DNA of 64,000 nt from Fonticula alba ATCC 38817 (Eukaryota > Protista > Nucleariida), in assembly GCA_000388065.2 (NCBI GenBank), contig KB932205.1. One strand, written 5' to 3'. The position numbers and the translations under genes are program-made. Below, one piece after another: positions 38,347 to 50,328 of this stretch. Each line of letters starts with the position of its first letter. Position 1 is the first letter of the stretch. The notes below the pieces were generated by a model, which saw nothing but the letters and a program-made list of their open reading frames with translations, had not been told where the DNA came from and searched no databases.

Positions 38347-41300
38347 AGAAAGAGGACTGGAAAGGAGGGGGAGATGGAAAAAAGAGGAAGAGGAAGGAAT
38401 GAAATGGCCCATGCGCACCGAGCTCGTGAGGAAAGGGAGCAAGTCGCGTAGCGAGAACATCCGCCAGCCAAAGCCATCCAGAGCCATGGTCGAGAGCGGC
38501 GCGTGCAGGGCCCTGGTTCGGGCCTCATCTGTGTCCAGGAGATCGCATGACAGGGCAAACCCAAGCAATTCGGTCAGCCAGGCGGAGATGGCCGATGAAC
38601 CAGGATCGCCATCCAGCGATTTGGCCGAGTACTCGGTGTAGGGTTTGGTATTTTCACGGGCCAGTGAAGTCAGGGAGTAACCGGTGAGCCGGAACTTGGG
38701 CATGTCTCGCATGTGGGAAAACATGTGCTCGAGCTGTGTGTGTGTGTGTGTGTGTGGCGACGAAGAGGAGGAAAAGGAAAAGGAAGAGGAAGAGGAAGAA
38801 GACAATGACCATGATGATAATGGTGGTGGAGGTGGACAGGAGGCAGCCAGGTGGAGATCATGTCAGCATGTAAGATAACTCAGGAGACAAAGGCAAGGGA
38901 AGAGACGGGAGAGGCGCCAAGGCAGGAGGGGAGCGGACATTTTGGGCGAAGGTCTCAACCTCGCGACCAGTGCGCAAGACCCGAAAGAAGAGCGGCAGGC
39001 GAAGGTCACTGCTCTCGCCGGTGGGATTGCAGGACAGATGCAAAGTGGCCGTCAACTGGGTTTCCAAGGCGAATACCCGATCGGTCCAGTGGGTGGCTGG
39101 CATGTTGAGGATGGCCGTCGGACCGACACCGGCCCCGCCGGCACCCGGGCCAGCGGGCGAGCCAGGACCCCCGGGCGATCGGAGCAAACCACCACCGGAG
39201 TTGGCCGCCCCGGCAGCCCGCGACAGGGCCCGGCTCCCGGTTGGCATTGCCAGGGGGAAGGAGGCGCGCCGCCGGCGGGCATTTGCATTGAGAGCACCGC
39301 ACCACCGGGCTGCCTGATCCGGCCCGTAGACAGCCCGAAGGGTGATCGAGCGGCCACTGCGGAAATCCAACCGCAAGGAGCACTCCGCGTTGTGGGACGC
39401 CAGACGCTGCTGCACCATGGCCGACGGGGGCATGGTGTAGGTGTGGCCGGAGCCGGGCTCCAATGGGCGGGAGATGAAGGATGTGAAGTTGCCGAGAACC
39501 GCATGCAGAGTCCCGGTCGGGCTGTAGTCCAAATTGACCGGGATCACGGCCGCCGAGCCGGATGGCAGGTACATGAGGGCCGGCGTGCGGGGAAGACTGT
39601 TCAGGCTGTTGGCCAGCTGGAGGTCCCCGGCGCCGAGGCACTGCGATGGGTGAACCGGCGCATGGCCAGACTGCAGGTGTGTAAGATGCCCGCCGCTGGC
39701 CGAGAAGGAGGAAGAAGGCGAGGGGGACATGACGCTGCTGGTGCCGGGCAGTTGGAGATGCTGATTCAGCGCCTCGGTCGAGCCACTCGGGCCCACTACC
39801 AGATGCGAGCCGGGAGACCCGAGCGAGATGAATGAAGCTGCGCTGGACATCACCGGGCCATGGTGATGGTGATGGTAGTGGTGGGGGTGGTGCCCATGAT
39901 GGAAGGAAGTCGCAGCGGCGGCACCGCCGGCCAGCGGCACCGACGAGCTGACCACCACCGGCTGCGGGTCGGAAGTGCTGCTCGGGACCAGGGACGCAGC
40001 CACCAGATGCTGCAAACTGATGACCTCGCGAGGCAGAGCCCCATCATCGGGGATTGGCTGGCCCTCCTTCGCCGGGAGGGAATAGATGTACAGGCGCTCC
40101 GGCGTCAGCAGGAAGAACCGGCCCTTCCAGCGACTGGTCACCGATCGGGGGCGCTTCTCCAGAAGGACATCCATGAGCAGCGCCCGACGTGAGGCCAGGC
40201 CAAACTGGTGCTCGGTATTGGGCATGTTGTCCAGATTGTAGGTGGAGGCACCGCGCCGGCTGGCCGGGCTGGACACCGGGGACAGGGCGGCCGAGGCTGC
40301 CCGGCTGAGGCGGCTGCCAGGCTCACTGGCTGGCGATCCCAGGCCCACCGACCCGGCGGTGGAGCTGCGCGAGGCGCCGAGAATGGCCGCCGTGGCGGTG
40401 CTCATCCCGGGCGAGTCCCCGCGGATGATGACCCGCTGCACGCCCACCGAGCTGACTGTCAGGCGTCCAGTTACCGGGGCATCGGAGAAGTCCAAAGTGG
40501 CGGACAGGACGGCCTCCGGGTCGGCGGCGAACACCCAATTGCGTGGGCTGTTCTGCTTGCGGAAGTACTCCGACAGGAGAGCCGGCGAGGGGGGGACCTT
40601 GTCGGCCGGGGCGCCCCCGGTGCCGAGCATGCCGCCACCAGCCAGCGAGTGAGTCGAGGCCGAGAGCGAGGCACTGCCAAATGCCGATGCAATCTCATGC
40701 GATCGAGCCGATGCCGAGCGAGTTGAAAGGCCAGGCAGACCGGCCGCAGCCGCAGTGGCCGCGGCCGCGGCCACGGCTGACGCAGATGCCGACGACGCCG
40801 ACCGGCCGAAGTTGTCTCGGTGCAGGGGAGACATGTCGGCCATGGAGGCCGAGCGCCGAGCAGCATGCAGGGCGGCCCCCGGATCGGTGATCGGGCCCCC
40901 ATCGACCAGACCCCCAGGACCCGAAGAGCAGGAGGATGCGGAGGAGGACGAGGAGGAGGCCGAGTGCGAGGTGGGTGCCGGCTCCGGGAAGTGGAAGGAG
41001 TTCGGCGAGGAACCGCCACTGGCCGGATACGCGGCCGCCGGGGACCCGGAGTTGGCTGTCGAGAAGTGCGCTCGGAATCGATGGGACATCTCGCCGGTGG
41101 AAACATTCTCCCCGTTGTGCGACCCCATGTTGAAGGTGTGGCTGGCCGCCGGGGCACTCTTGTCGGCCTTCTTTTTGCCGCCACTGAAGACACTCAGAAG
41201 GGAGCGCGTCTTGAACGCAGGCGACAGGGGGGACATGGGCTCGGAGGCGACAGATACCGGTCGAAGAGGAGGAGCCGGAGCCGGGGCCGGGACCGAGGCC

Positions 41301-42031
41301 GGGACCGGGGCCGGGACCGAGACCGGGACCGAGACCGGGACCGGGGCCGGGACCGGGACCGGGACCGGGGCCGGGACCGGGACCGGAGCCGGGCCGGGGG
41401 TTGGAGTCGGGGCCGGGGCCAGCGTCGGGACCGGAGCAAGCGAGGGCGGTGGTGGGGTCGAAGGGCCGGAGCCCGATGCATCCATGCTGGGCTGTCGCGG
41501 TTCTGCAAACCAAAGGAGAGGTCAGTCACACGCGCGCGAGGCCCACAAGGAGGAGGGCTCCCTGGCAGGAGGGGAGGAGGCAGACGAACCGATGGTTGAC
41601 AGTCGAGTTAGTGGAGCCGGCGGCGGCCCAAGACGCAGGGCATCCACCGCCGAAGGGCTGTCCTCCACATCGGAGTCCGAGTTTTCGAAGTCCACCGGAA
41701 CGCCGGCACCAGCGAGCTGTAGGTCGTCCAGATTGGTCGGCGGGGTGGGAAAGGAACGCCCTGGGGATAGTGTGTGTGCGTGTGTGTGTGTGTGTGTGTG
41801 CGAAGGAGTATAAGTTGGCGCAGAGCTTGGGGAAAGAGTAGGGCAGGAGGATGAAGAGGGTTGACGCACGCCGCAACGGCGAGGAGGGAAGAGTAGCCGA
41901 GCCACCCCGCGCCGCCAGGGCTGACCCGCTGGCCGCATCCAGGATCTGCAAGTAGGACAGATCGTTGGTGATGATATTCTCGTAGGCGTTGGCGTCAGAG
42001 TCGCCCAGGCCGCCGGAGAGGCGGCCGGCGC

Positions 42032-42067
<36 letters not shown>

Positions 42068-42089
42068 GGCCGTCGCCAGAGGGCGACAT
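30861..42089 (-). CDS. Giant (roughly 3,000 aa, about 13 exons) multidomain protein: Ser/Pro-rich N-terminus, split PH domain, PX-like domain, interrupted beta-propeller-like region, C-terminal ankyrin repeats
   Basis: Adjacent minus-strand ORF blocks (41526-42089, 41522-41938, 38858-41485, 37774-38805, 37691-38182, 37353-38564, 34960-37335, 35334-36140, 33534-35273, 31837-33684, 31329-31670, 30861-31208) join via GT...AG introns with matching phase at all 12 junctions traced. PH motifs: LEKRPRSVTSRWKGRFFLLTPERLYIY and AARWCGALNAN. Ankyrin: GWTPLCLAARLGKSSVVRILIELGADVNF and PIHTAAMSG...LLDAGADPN. One intron spans an N gap and the true start may lie further upstream. Confidence 0.7.
36189..36338. 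other. Assembly gap within a predicted intron
   Basis: N run flanked by G-rich sequence. Confidence 1.
41275..41400 (-). repeat. Coding 6-bp tandem repeat (GGGACC/GGGGCC on +) encoding (PV/PA)n
   Basis: Translates as PAPVPVPAPVPVPVPAPVPVSVPVSVPAPVPASVPAPAPAP in the giant ORF. Confidence 0.85.
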
Positions 42090-42586
42090 TATTGGCTACA
42101 GCAGCGACGGCAGGGGCCGGGGAGTGACACGCGACCGGGGACGGTGGAAATGGCCGCACTGGACGGAAGCCAGGGGAAAATAGACGGGAAGCTTGGAGGT
42201 GTGGACGGCGGGAGAAGGAGAGGCAAAAGATAGAGGTGAGGGGGGAGGGGGGGGGGGGGAATGGGGAGAGGATGGTGTGGCCTGAGAAGCCCGGGGGCGG
42301 CGGAAACCGGCCCAAATAAAATGATAGGGGGCCGCCCGCCTCCGCCTCTGCCTCCTGCATGCACCCCGGAGGGATCAATCGACCCAACTGCTGGACCGCC
42401 GACCAAATGCCGGGACGCTCCGGCATGTGCCAAGGGCCCCGACCGGGGGGCCTCCGTGGCAATGGCTGTCGCGCCCCACGGCTTGCCGCGCAGAGTACCC
42501 CTTCCCCCTTGTGGGCGGGGGGCAGGGAGACCGCATCCGGTGTGGAAAGCATTCGCATTGGCCAGGGGGCGTGGGGACGTGGGGGG

Positions 42587-42641
42587 NNNNNNNNNNNNNN
42601 NNNNNNNNNNNNNNNNNNNNNNNNNNNNNNNNNNNNNNNNN
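42587..42641. other. Assembly gap (N run) within a G-run
   Basis: N run. Confidence 1.
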
Positions 42642-43762
42642 GGGGGGGGGGGCGGCGGCGGCCTTGCACCTGTTTGTGCGCCAGCTTGTGCGCCAACGCC
42701 GCGCCCAATCCCCCACCCGACCCTCTCTTCCCGGAGGGTGAAGGGCAGCCACGAAGTGCAAGCCACAGGGCCGGCCGTCTCGGCTTGCCGAGCCGGCGTT
42801 GCTCCCTGGACCCTTTTTTCCCCCGTTCCCTGGCTCTCTTTTGTTCTCGCCCGGCAAGAGGTGCCGCCTGCCATCCAGGGGGAGGGGGAACCGCGCGAAA
42901 AGCGATGTATTTCAGGGGGCGATACTTGAAAATGTATCACGGGAATCAGCCTGGGAGATTCCTGATCCGGATGACCACGTGTCGGTGTGTCTCCCCTTGT
43001 AGATCGGCCGGATCCATGCTCCCCAAACGGCCAGCGGCGCGCGTCCTGATCCGCTGATAGTGGCCGGCCTTTCCGAGAGGGCTCCCACAGGATGCATGCC
43101 GACGACACCCACACGCACACGCACACACCTACACATCCGAAACAGACGCAAGGCACAACCTTTGGAGAAAAGAAAAAGAAGAAGAGAAAACAACAACAAG
43201 TTCTATGCATTTTACCCGGACCGCAAGGAAAAGAAGAGGCGAACCAAAAACGCATGCATCCCCATTTCCTTCCTCACGGTCGGTAAAAGGTTGTGCCAGG
43301 GGGCAAGAAGAGGGGGGGGGGAGGGGGCAAGGAATCCCAACGAGAGTGGCGAGCAGCGAAGCCACACGCCGCTCCCTGCCCCCCGCTCCCCGCCCCCCGC
43401 CCCCCTCCTGGAGACACAGAACAATGGACTGGATTACTCTCTCTCTCTTTTCGGGGAAAACTGGGCATTTGAGGGAAGGGGGGAAAGCGCACGAACTGTG
43501 GCTGTGCGCTGCTGTTGGACAAGGGCTATCTCAGAAAGGGGGGACAACACAGAGAGAGGGAGAGAGAGAGGGAGGGGGGAGGGAGGAATTGAAAACAAGA
43601 GGCAAAAGGAGGAGAGATGGCGGGGGGGGGGGGGGGAACCAGTATAGATAGTGGGATATGGGCAACGCGCGGCCACAGCGCGCGCGCGCGGAGCGAGGCG
43701 CCTGCGCCTTGGCAAGGAGAGGGAGGAGGGGGAGGAGGGGGAGAACATTGCGGAAGCTGAGT

Positions 43763-46262
43763 CTAGCGCTTGGACAGGGTCTTCTGGATGAGAGCATATA
43801 GCCGATCGGGGAAGAGCTCAGCAAAGGTCAGGGAGACCAGCTCGGCGGACTTGTGCATGCGAAGAAGTTGCTCCGGGTGGACCTCCACCGAGCACAGAGG
43901 CGTCGGCCGGCCCTTGTACATGAGGGTCACCATGAAGGACCCCTTTTCGGCGGAGCAAAGCTCGAAGTAGGTGTTGCCCTTGCGATACTCGGGGACCGTG
44001 CTGGAGGCAATGATCTTCTCGCGCTCGAAGTCCACATGGGAAAACTTGTGCGGGGCTGGCTGGACAATCGGCTGTGACACATTGGTCAGGACATCTTCGT
44101 AGGACTTGATTTGGGCCTCGATATGCGCGTAAAAGTCCGCATGGAAGCGGTACATCTTTTCCAGCGCCGAATACTCGGTCTCCATCTCCTTGCGAATGCG
44201 GTTCAGCTCGTCCATGTCGGACTGGATGTCGGCCACCAGCTGCCGGTAGATCTCCTCGGCTGTCCGCGGGCCCTCGGTCAACAGCTGGCTGAGCTTGACC
44301 CGGGCAATGGCCGTCACCTCGGGGATCTCCTTGTGCACTTGGACATTCGACCCAAAGAGCAGGATGGAGTAAATGCCAGACGAGACCAACTCATCGGAGA
44401 AGGGCCGGTCGGCATAGCGGACGATCTTCACCAGCAGCGAGCGAACCTCGTCATAGAGATTGACCGCGGTGTGTGTCGGCTGCACGGCCGTGTCGATGTC
44501 GGTGGGGATCGGGAGCTTGAGCTTGGTGGTGAAGTTTTTGGCCCGAGCCAGGGCAGCCGGCGGCTCGCCCAGGGCCTTGAGCACCGCGTGCAGCGGGTCA
44601 TCCTCGGCCAGGGGGATGGCATCGCGATATTTGACAATCAGCCCATGCATCATGTACACCTCGTTGATGGTAATCGACAGGGTAGCCGTGTGGGGGCTGC
44701 TCAGATAGAGATGGTGTGGCTGGATGTCCTCGGCCACACAGAGGTTCCGATAGAAGTTGACCATGGCCTTGCGGTGTTTGGAGAGATGCTCGTTGAGCGG
44801 CGACATGTATGTCTCCTTGGACTGGAGGACCTGGTTGGTGATGCTCTGGATGACCTTGGCGATCTGTGCGCGTGTGTACGAAAAAGAGCAACAGGAGGGG
44901 GTCAGTTGCGAGGCGAACAAAAGCATATCCCGGGGGGGGGGGGGGGCCTGCACACGGGGAAGAAGGGCGGCAGGCATACGAGTGCGTGACATACCAAGGT
45001 CAGAGAGCGCTTGGCATTGACCGAGCGCACGCTCTCCGAAAGATGCATGTACGCGCTCGGGGTGACAATGGCCGGGTTGACAAAACGCAGCATGTAGAAC
45101 CCACCCACCAGCGAGAGGAAAAGCTCATCCGACTCGGAGGGGAAGCGCTCCTTCGTCAGGAGCATGATCTGCTTGCAGATCCACCGCAGCCCAAAGGGAA
45201 CGGTGGCCAGCGACTCGAGGATGGCATTGATGAAGGTGTCAATCCAGAAGCACAGCCGGTTGAGACGTGGCTGGAGGATCGGCTGGAGAACCGGGTCCAG
45301 GTGGGCATTGTCTCCGGAGAAGCCCTCAGTCGGGGGGAGGTTGGGGTTGGATGCAAAAAGCTGTACATGCCAGCATGTGAGTGCTCTGAAGGAGAGGGGA
45401 GGGGGGGGGGAGAGGAAAGGAAGCGGAGAAGGAAAGGACCCCGCGAAGAGGGAAATGCAAGGGGGCAAAAAAAGGGGGGGGGAGACAAATGCATGGATGG
45501 CAACATACCTTGGTGGGGTTGATTTCCAGGTCGGCGTTTTCGCGCACGAGCTCCGAGATCGGGGCCGAGAGGAGCGACTGAAGATATGACTGACCAGGGC
45601 CGCGACTGTGTGTGTGTGTAAGAGAGAGAGAGAGAGAGAGAGAGTAAGCGTGTGCCTGAGCGAGGGAGGGGAGATAAGCCAGGACAGGGGCCGCAGTTGG
45701 ACATATGGCCGCGCGTAGAGGTTGACATGAGAGGGGTGTGTCTTGCTCATGCTCTCTGTGCCACGGGCTCAAACGCACCGGGTGTATGTGGAGAGGACAC
45801 GCGAGGCATTGGTGTTGGCGCGCAGGATGGAATTGGTCTGCTGCTCGGAAGCATCGTTGAACTCATTCCGAAGGACAACCTGACAAGAGGGGGACAGAGT
45901 CAGCGCCAGGACGTGGGACTGCAGGGGGAGTGGAATATATGGGGGATGTAGGGAGGGGAGAGAGAGAGATATATATATATGGAGATCAAGCGCACCTGGA
46001 TAATCAGCAGCAGAAGACTCTCCTCGCGGGTTTCATACTGGTGGCCGAAAATCGTGAAGAGCATCGTCTGCAAAAAGGGATCCACCTCGGCAGTGGAGAT
46101 GGCCCGCGTGAGAATGCCCAACAGCTGGGGATTTGTCTGGAACATGTAGAAAAGCTTGGCATAGTTGTCGTGGAGCTCCGGGTCCGAGAAGCCCTGCATG
46201 GCAGGCTCATCATCCAGCTGACGCTGGAAGTCCAGCTGATGAAGGGAACAGTCGAAGCGCAA

Positions 46263-46301
<39 letters not shown>

Positions 46302-46549
46302 CGTGGGTATGGATGCGCGGGTGTGTATGTTTTCGCATGCATGCAGGTGTGTATGTGTGTGTGTGCACTAATAGGGCCCCGCGAGAGAAGGGGGCTCGGT
46401 CGACCAGGTACGTACCTCGTCTCCCCCACGATAACCGCGGACAAGGAAGCCAATCCGCTTGTCATAGTTGTTGAGCTTATTACGGAGCTCGAAGTTCCGG
46501 TGGTTCAAACTCGAAAGATCCTGTTTGATCTTGACCAGGTCATCATACA
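43763..46549 (-). CDS. Ras GTPase-activating protein, Gap1/Sar1-type (IQGAP-related GRD plus RasGAP_C), multi-exon; 5' exon(s) unresolved
   Basis: Coiled coil LVKIKQDLSSLNHRNFELRNKLNNYDKRIGFLV, then [61 protein letters not shown] and GGFYMLRFVNPAIVTP, ...LIAKVIQSITN. The coding exon at 46549 begins at a phase-1 acceptor, so the start lies upstream. Confidence 0.88.
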
Positions 46550-46810
46550 CTGTGCATGCATCGGGGCGGGGGGGCCGGGAGAGCCGACACACGAGGAGGA
46601 GAAGGGGCGTTGAATGGGGAGTCAGTGGAGAAGGGCATGACCCCACCAAAATGCGGACAGGGAAGCATGGGCGGATGAGCAGCCTAGCGAGCGAGCGAGC
46701 GAGCGGATACGCGAGCAGCACAGAGCACGAACAGTCGATCAGGGGAACCACACAACCTGGGGAGGAGGTGCGGGCTACCAGATGAAGACACAACAACACA
46801 CACACACACG

Positions 46811-46845
<35 letters not shown>

Positions 46846-47225
46846 CGAGGACAGTGCGCCAGGGAGGGGAGGGCGGGGAAAGAGGGAAAGAGGGGGGCGG
46901 GAAGGTGGAAAAGAGAGCAAGCGGAGGGGAGCGAGGAGAGGGCCGAAGAGGGGGAAGGGGGGGGGGAGAGGGAGTTGGATGCCGCACGGGCCTCGACACC
47001 TACGGGCTCGGAGGCCTGGCTGAAATGGAACAACGAGGGGAGCCGGGGCATTTCCCGGAGGTGACGTGACACAGGAATGCGCCAGGGGCGATTCCCCGAA
47101 GATATTTACGCTCGACAGGGGAGGGGGGATGGGGAGAGGGGTCCGGCGTGGAATCAGCGAGGGAGAAGTCAGGCGCAAACGGACACACCCCCGCCCGTGC
47201 GCGCGCGTGCGCGTGCGAGCGAGGG

Positions 47226-47332
47226 NNNNNNNNNNNNNNNNNNNNNNNNNNNNNNNNNNNNNNNNNNNNNNNNNNNNNNNNNNNNNNNNNNNNNNNNNNN
47301 NNNNNNNNNNNNNNNNNNNNNNNNNNNNNNNN
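47226..47332. other. Assembly gap (N run)
   Basis: N run with G-rich sequence on the left and a C-run on the right. Confidence 1.
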
Positions 47333-49395
47333 CCCCCCCCCCCCCTCCGCGCTGGCGAATGGGGTCTTGGTCGGCTGGGCGTCTGCGCCCTTTCCATCGA
47401 GAGCCGGTGGGCGGAGGAGGAAACGAAATCGGCACAAAATCATAACAGTCTGAAAGTCTGCGTCGGGCGGCGGGAGCCGGAGCCCGCGAGCGGGCCCACG
47501 CACCAAGAAGCCAACCGAGGCCCTTTGTTTCGGGGGCCATACGCGGGACTTTGGGGGGAGGGGGCCGACGGTTGAGGGGGTGGAGGCCGACCCACTTTCC
47601 CTGTCCCCCCGCCCCGTCCCCCCCCCCAAGCCCGCAGCTAGAGCCCCGCGCGCCGGGCCCGGTGTCCGGGGGGAGGGGGGGGGCTGGGTACCCCGTGTCT
47701 GGGGGGCCGGGGGAGGTCTCGAATCAGGCGCGAGGGCCATACGCGCTCGTGAGCACGTAGACGAGCGAGCGAGTGAGTGCGCGCGCGCGCGCGCGCACGC
47801 AAACACCTAGGGCGCCGGCTCGTGGTGGGCAGGAAGTGGGCACGCATGAAAATCGCGGAAGGGAGGAGGGGGCCAGGAGTGGAAACGCCTGAAGCCGGCC
47901 GCCGGCGGAGGGGGGGAGGGGGGGCAGACGGCCGGCAAACAGTTCGAATTCAAAATATGGGGCCCGAGAGGGGAGACCGGCGAGTGCGCAGCGTGTCTGC
48001 CCCCAGAAGCGCTGCACCGGCCTGGCCAAGGCAAATAGACCAGCTGAATCCCGGCCACGAGCGGGGCCGGGGGAGGGAGGGACTGATTGCAGATCGCTCC
48101 TCGCTCGGGCCCGGGAGGGCTGGGGGCTCCTCCCCCGCCCCTGCCCCCCCCGCCTCCCGGCACCGGCGCCCCTGAGACCACCCCCGGTCAGGGTCCCCGA
48201 CGGAGGCCGCAGGGCGGGGAATAACACCCGTTGTGGCCGGACGGGAGGAAACCAACGCCGAGGAGGGGGGGGGGGCAGACCCGAAGGCCCCTGTACGCCC
48301 TCGTTACCTCCCCCCTTGGAGGAGAGCGACATGAGGCCCCGCCACTCGTGGGTTGGAACGCGCGCGCGTGCGCGCTGGCGCGGGGTGGCGTATGTTTATT
48401 CCCCCCCCCCCCCCCCAAGCGCTGGCCCCTTTCCCTGGAGCGGCTGGCCCGGTTGCCGATCTTCAGCGGGTCAGCCCCCGCGCCCCCGCGCTCTCCCCTT
48501 CGTGGGCCAGCGTAAAAGCATGTGGAGGGGCCACGCACCAACCGGTTTAGGAGGCGCCCGCCATGCTTACTGCCGAGCCACCCCAACCCCCCGCTCGACA
48601 TCGGCGCTCGAGGCTCACGCACTCTCCCCCCCCACAGGCTGGGGCGAGGATAACCCGAGGGATGCCCTGTGGTGGTTGCCAGCCAAAGGCCCCCCTGCGT
48701 CTGCTCAAGCCCGACCGAAAGAAGCTTGGCTGCTTGTGCGGGAGCTGTTGTCGCAAATGCTCCGGGCATTATAAAAAGCCCAATACACACCGCACATCCA
48801 GAGGAGGAGAAGGAGGGAGCAGGCAGAGGGCGGGCAGAAAAAAACCACAGCCCCAGGCCCCGGGGTCCTACACTCGAACCGGAGTCTCCGGGTCCTCCAG
48901 CGGTCGGGGCCCGCCTCGGCGGAGGCTCACGCGCGGGAAGGTGATACGTGTCTCCCGACCGCGAACGCCGGACGCCCTGCCGGCCAACGCTCAGTAGCAA
49001 CCCTGTGTGGCTTTGGTAGCCGCACGGCCTTGGTCCGCGTTCCGCTGCGCGGCCGCGCATCCATCCTGCTGCCTTCTCGTGGCCGCCGTAGGTGTATGAT
49101 GTCTCGCAAGGGGCGCATGCCCGCCCGTGGGGTCCCCCAGGCCGCCGGCCGGAGAGCCTGCGGCGAGAGGCTCACCGGACTTGCGCCTAATCACACGACA
49201 CATCACACCACCAACAGCCTCCCCAGCCCCTTGGGGCCGGTCCGCCGAGCGCATCCCCGCCTTGCCCCCTCCGGAGAGAGGGAAAGACGCCGGAGGAAAC
49301 GCATCTCCTTGGCGCGGTGGCCTGGAACCATGGGAGGGAGAAGGTGAGGGGGAACTCACGCTCCTGGGTGGCCGCCACCGAGAGGCGGGGGGGGG

Positions 49396-49556
49396 NNNNN
49401 NNNNNNNNNNNNNNNNNNNNNNNNNNNNNNNNNNNNNNNNNNNNNNNNNNNNNNNNNNNNNNNNNNNNNNNNNNNNNNNNNNNNNNNNNNNNNNNNNNNN
49501 NNNNNNNNNNNNNNNNNNNNNNNNNNNNNNNNNNNNNNNNNNNNNNNNNNNNNNNN
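49396..49556. other. Assembly gap (N run)
   Basis: N run. Confidence 1.
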
Positions 49557-49590
49557 CTTCTCGCCCTTGGCACGCGGTGTTCTTCCCCCC
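49557..49590 (+). repeat. 34-bp dispersed repeat, copy 1 (CTTCTCGCCCTTGGCACGCGGTGTTCTTCCCCCC)
   Basis: Exact match to 52148-52181. It abuts the N gap, so the match may be longer. Confidence 0.85.
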
Positions 49591-50328
49591 GCCCCCCTTC
49601 TCTCCCTCTCTTCTCCCTTGCCCGCCCCCCGTTGCACCGACTCGTGGTCGGGCCCTTTAACTTGCGGTGCCGGTGGGGGCACCGGCCCCCCCCCCCATGG
49701 GGCCCCAGGCACACCTCCCGGGCCCGCGGCCACCTCGAGACAGATATGCAGGAAGGGAATGATCGTCCACCATCCCGAGTCTCGGGGGCGTGGGGGGAAA
49801 AGCCTGCCCGAATGCGACCGGGGTGCCTGCCGCCCTGTTCTGTCGGGTCCGGTCAGAGAGATAGTCCGCCCTGGACCCCGACCTGCCGCGTCCGAACAGG
49901 GCAAAATAGGGTGGCTGTTATTATCTTTTCGGCGGACACATCTCCTCGAGGGAAGCCACCCGAGGCCGGCCGGGGAAGGGACGGGGTGCCTGCCGTCCAA
50001 AGTGTCTTTATCATACACGCACGAAGTGATGCGGACTGTAGGCCCTTCGGCCCGACCCGGCCCGGCCGGTCCCCGCCAGGCTTTCCGCTCCTCCCATCGC
50101 CTTTCCGCCCATTCGCGAGATTCCCCCCCCTTGGCAGGTGGATTGCCGAGGTGCCGGGCACCTTTTTTTCGGCGGCCCCCGTCGATTGAGTCCGGCCCGG
50201 TGGTCGGTCAACCCTCCTCTCCCCAGCCCCACCCAGCCCCCCTTCCTATTTTCCCCGCACTCTCCTCCCTCCCCTGTTGCTTCCCCCCCCCCCCCCCGTT
50301 CCCCCGCGTTCCTTCACTTGCCACAACC

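Noticed and set aside
47940-47956. GTTCGAATTC, B-box-like motif
   Set aside because: No A-box or cloverleaf around it; an isolated 10-mer.
49635-49650. GCACCGACTCG, similar to the reverse complement of the sgRNA/tracrRNA terminator hairpin
   Set aside because: An 11-nt match only, with no other scaffold sequence, repeats or cas genes; eukaryotic context.
46600-50300. ORFs between the RasGAP and Vti1 genes
   Set aside because: No recognisable domain, no C-ending codon bias, and dominated by microsatellites and gaps; the missing RasGAP 5' exon may lie here but could not be placed.
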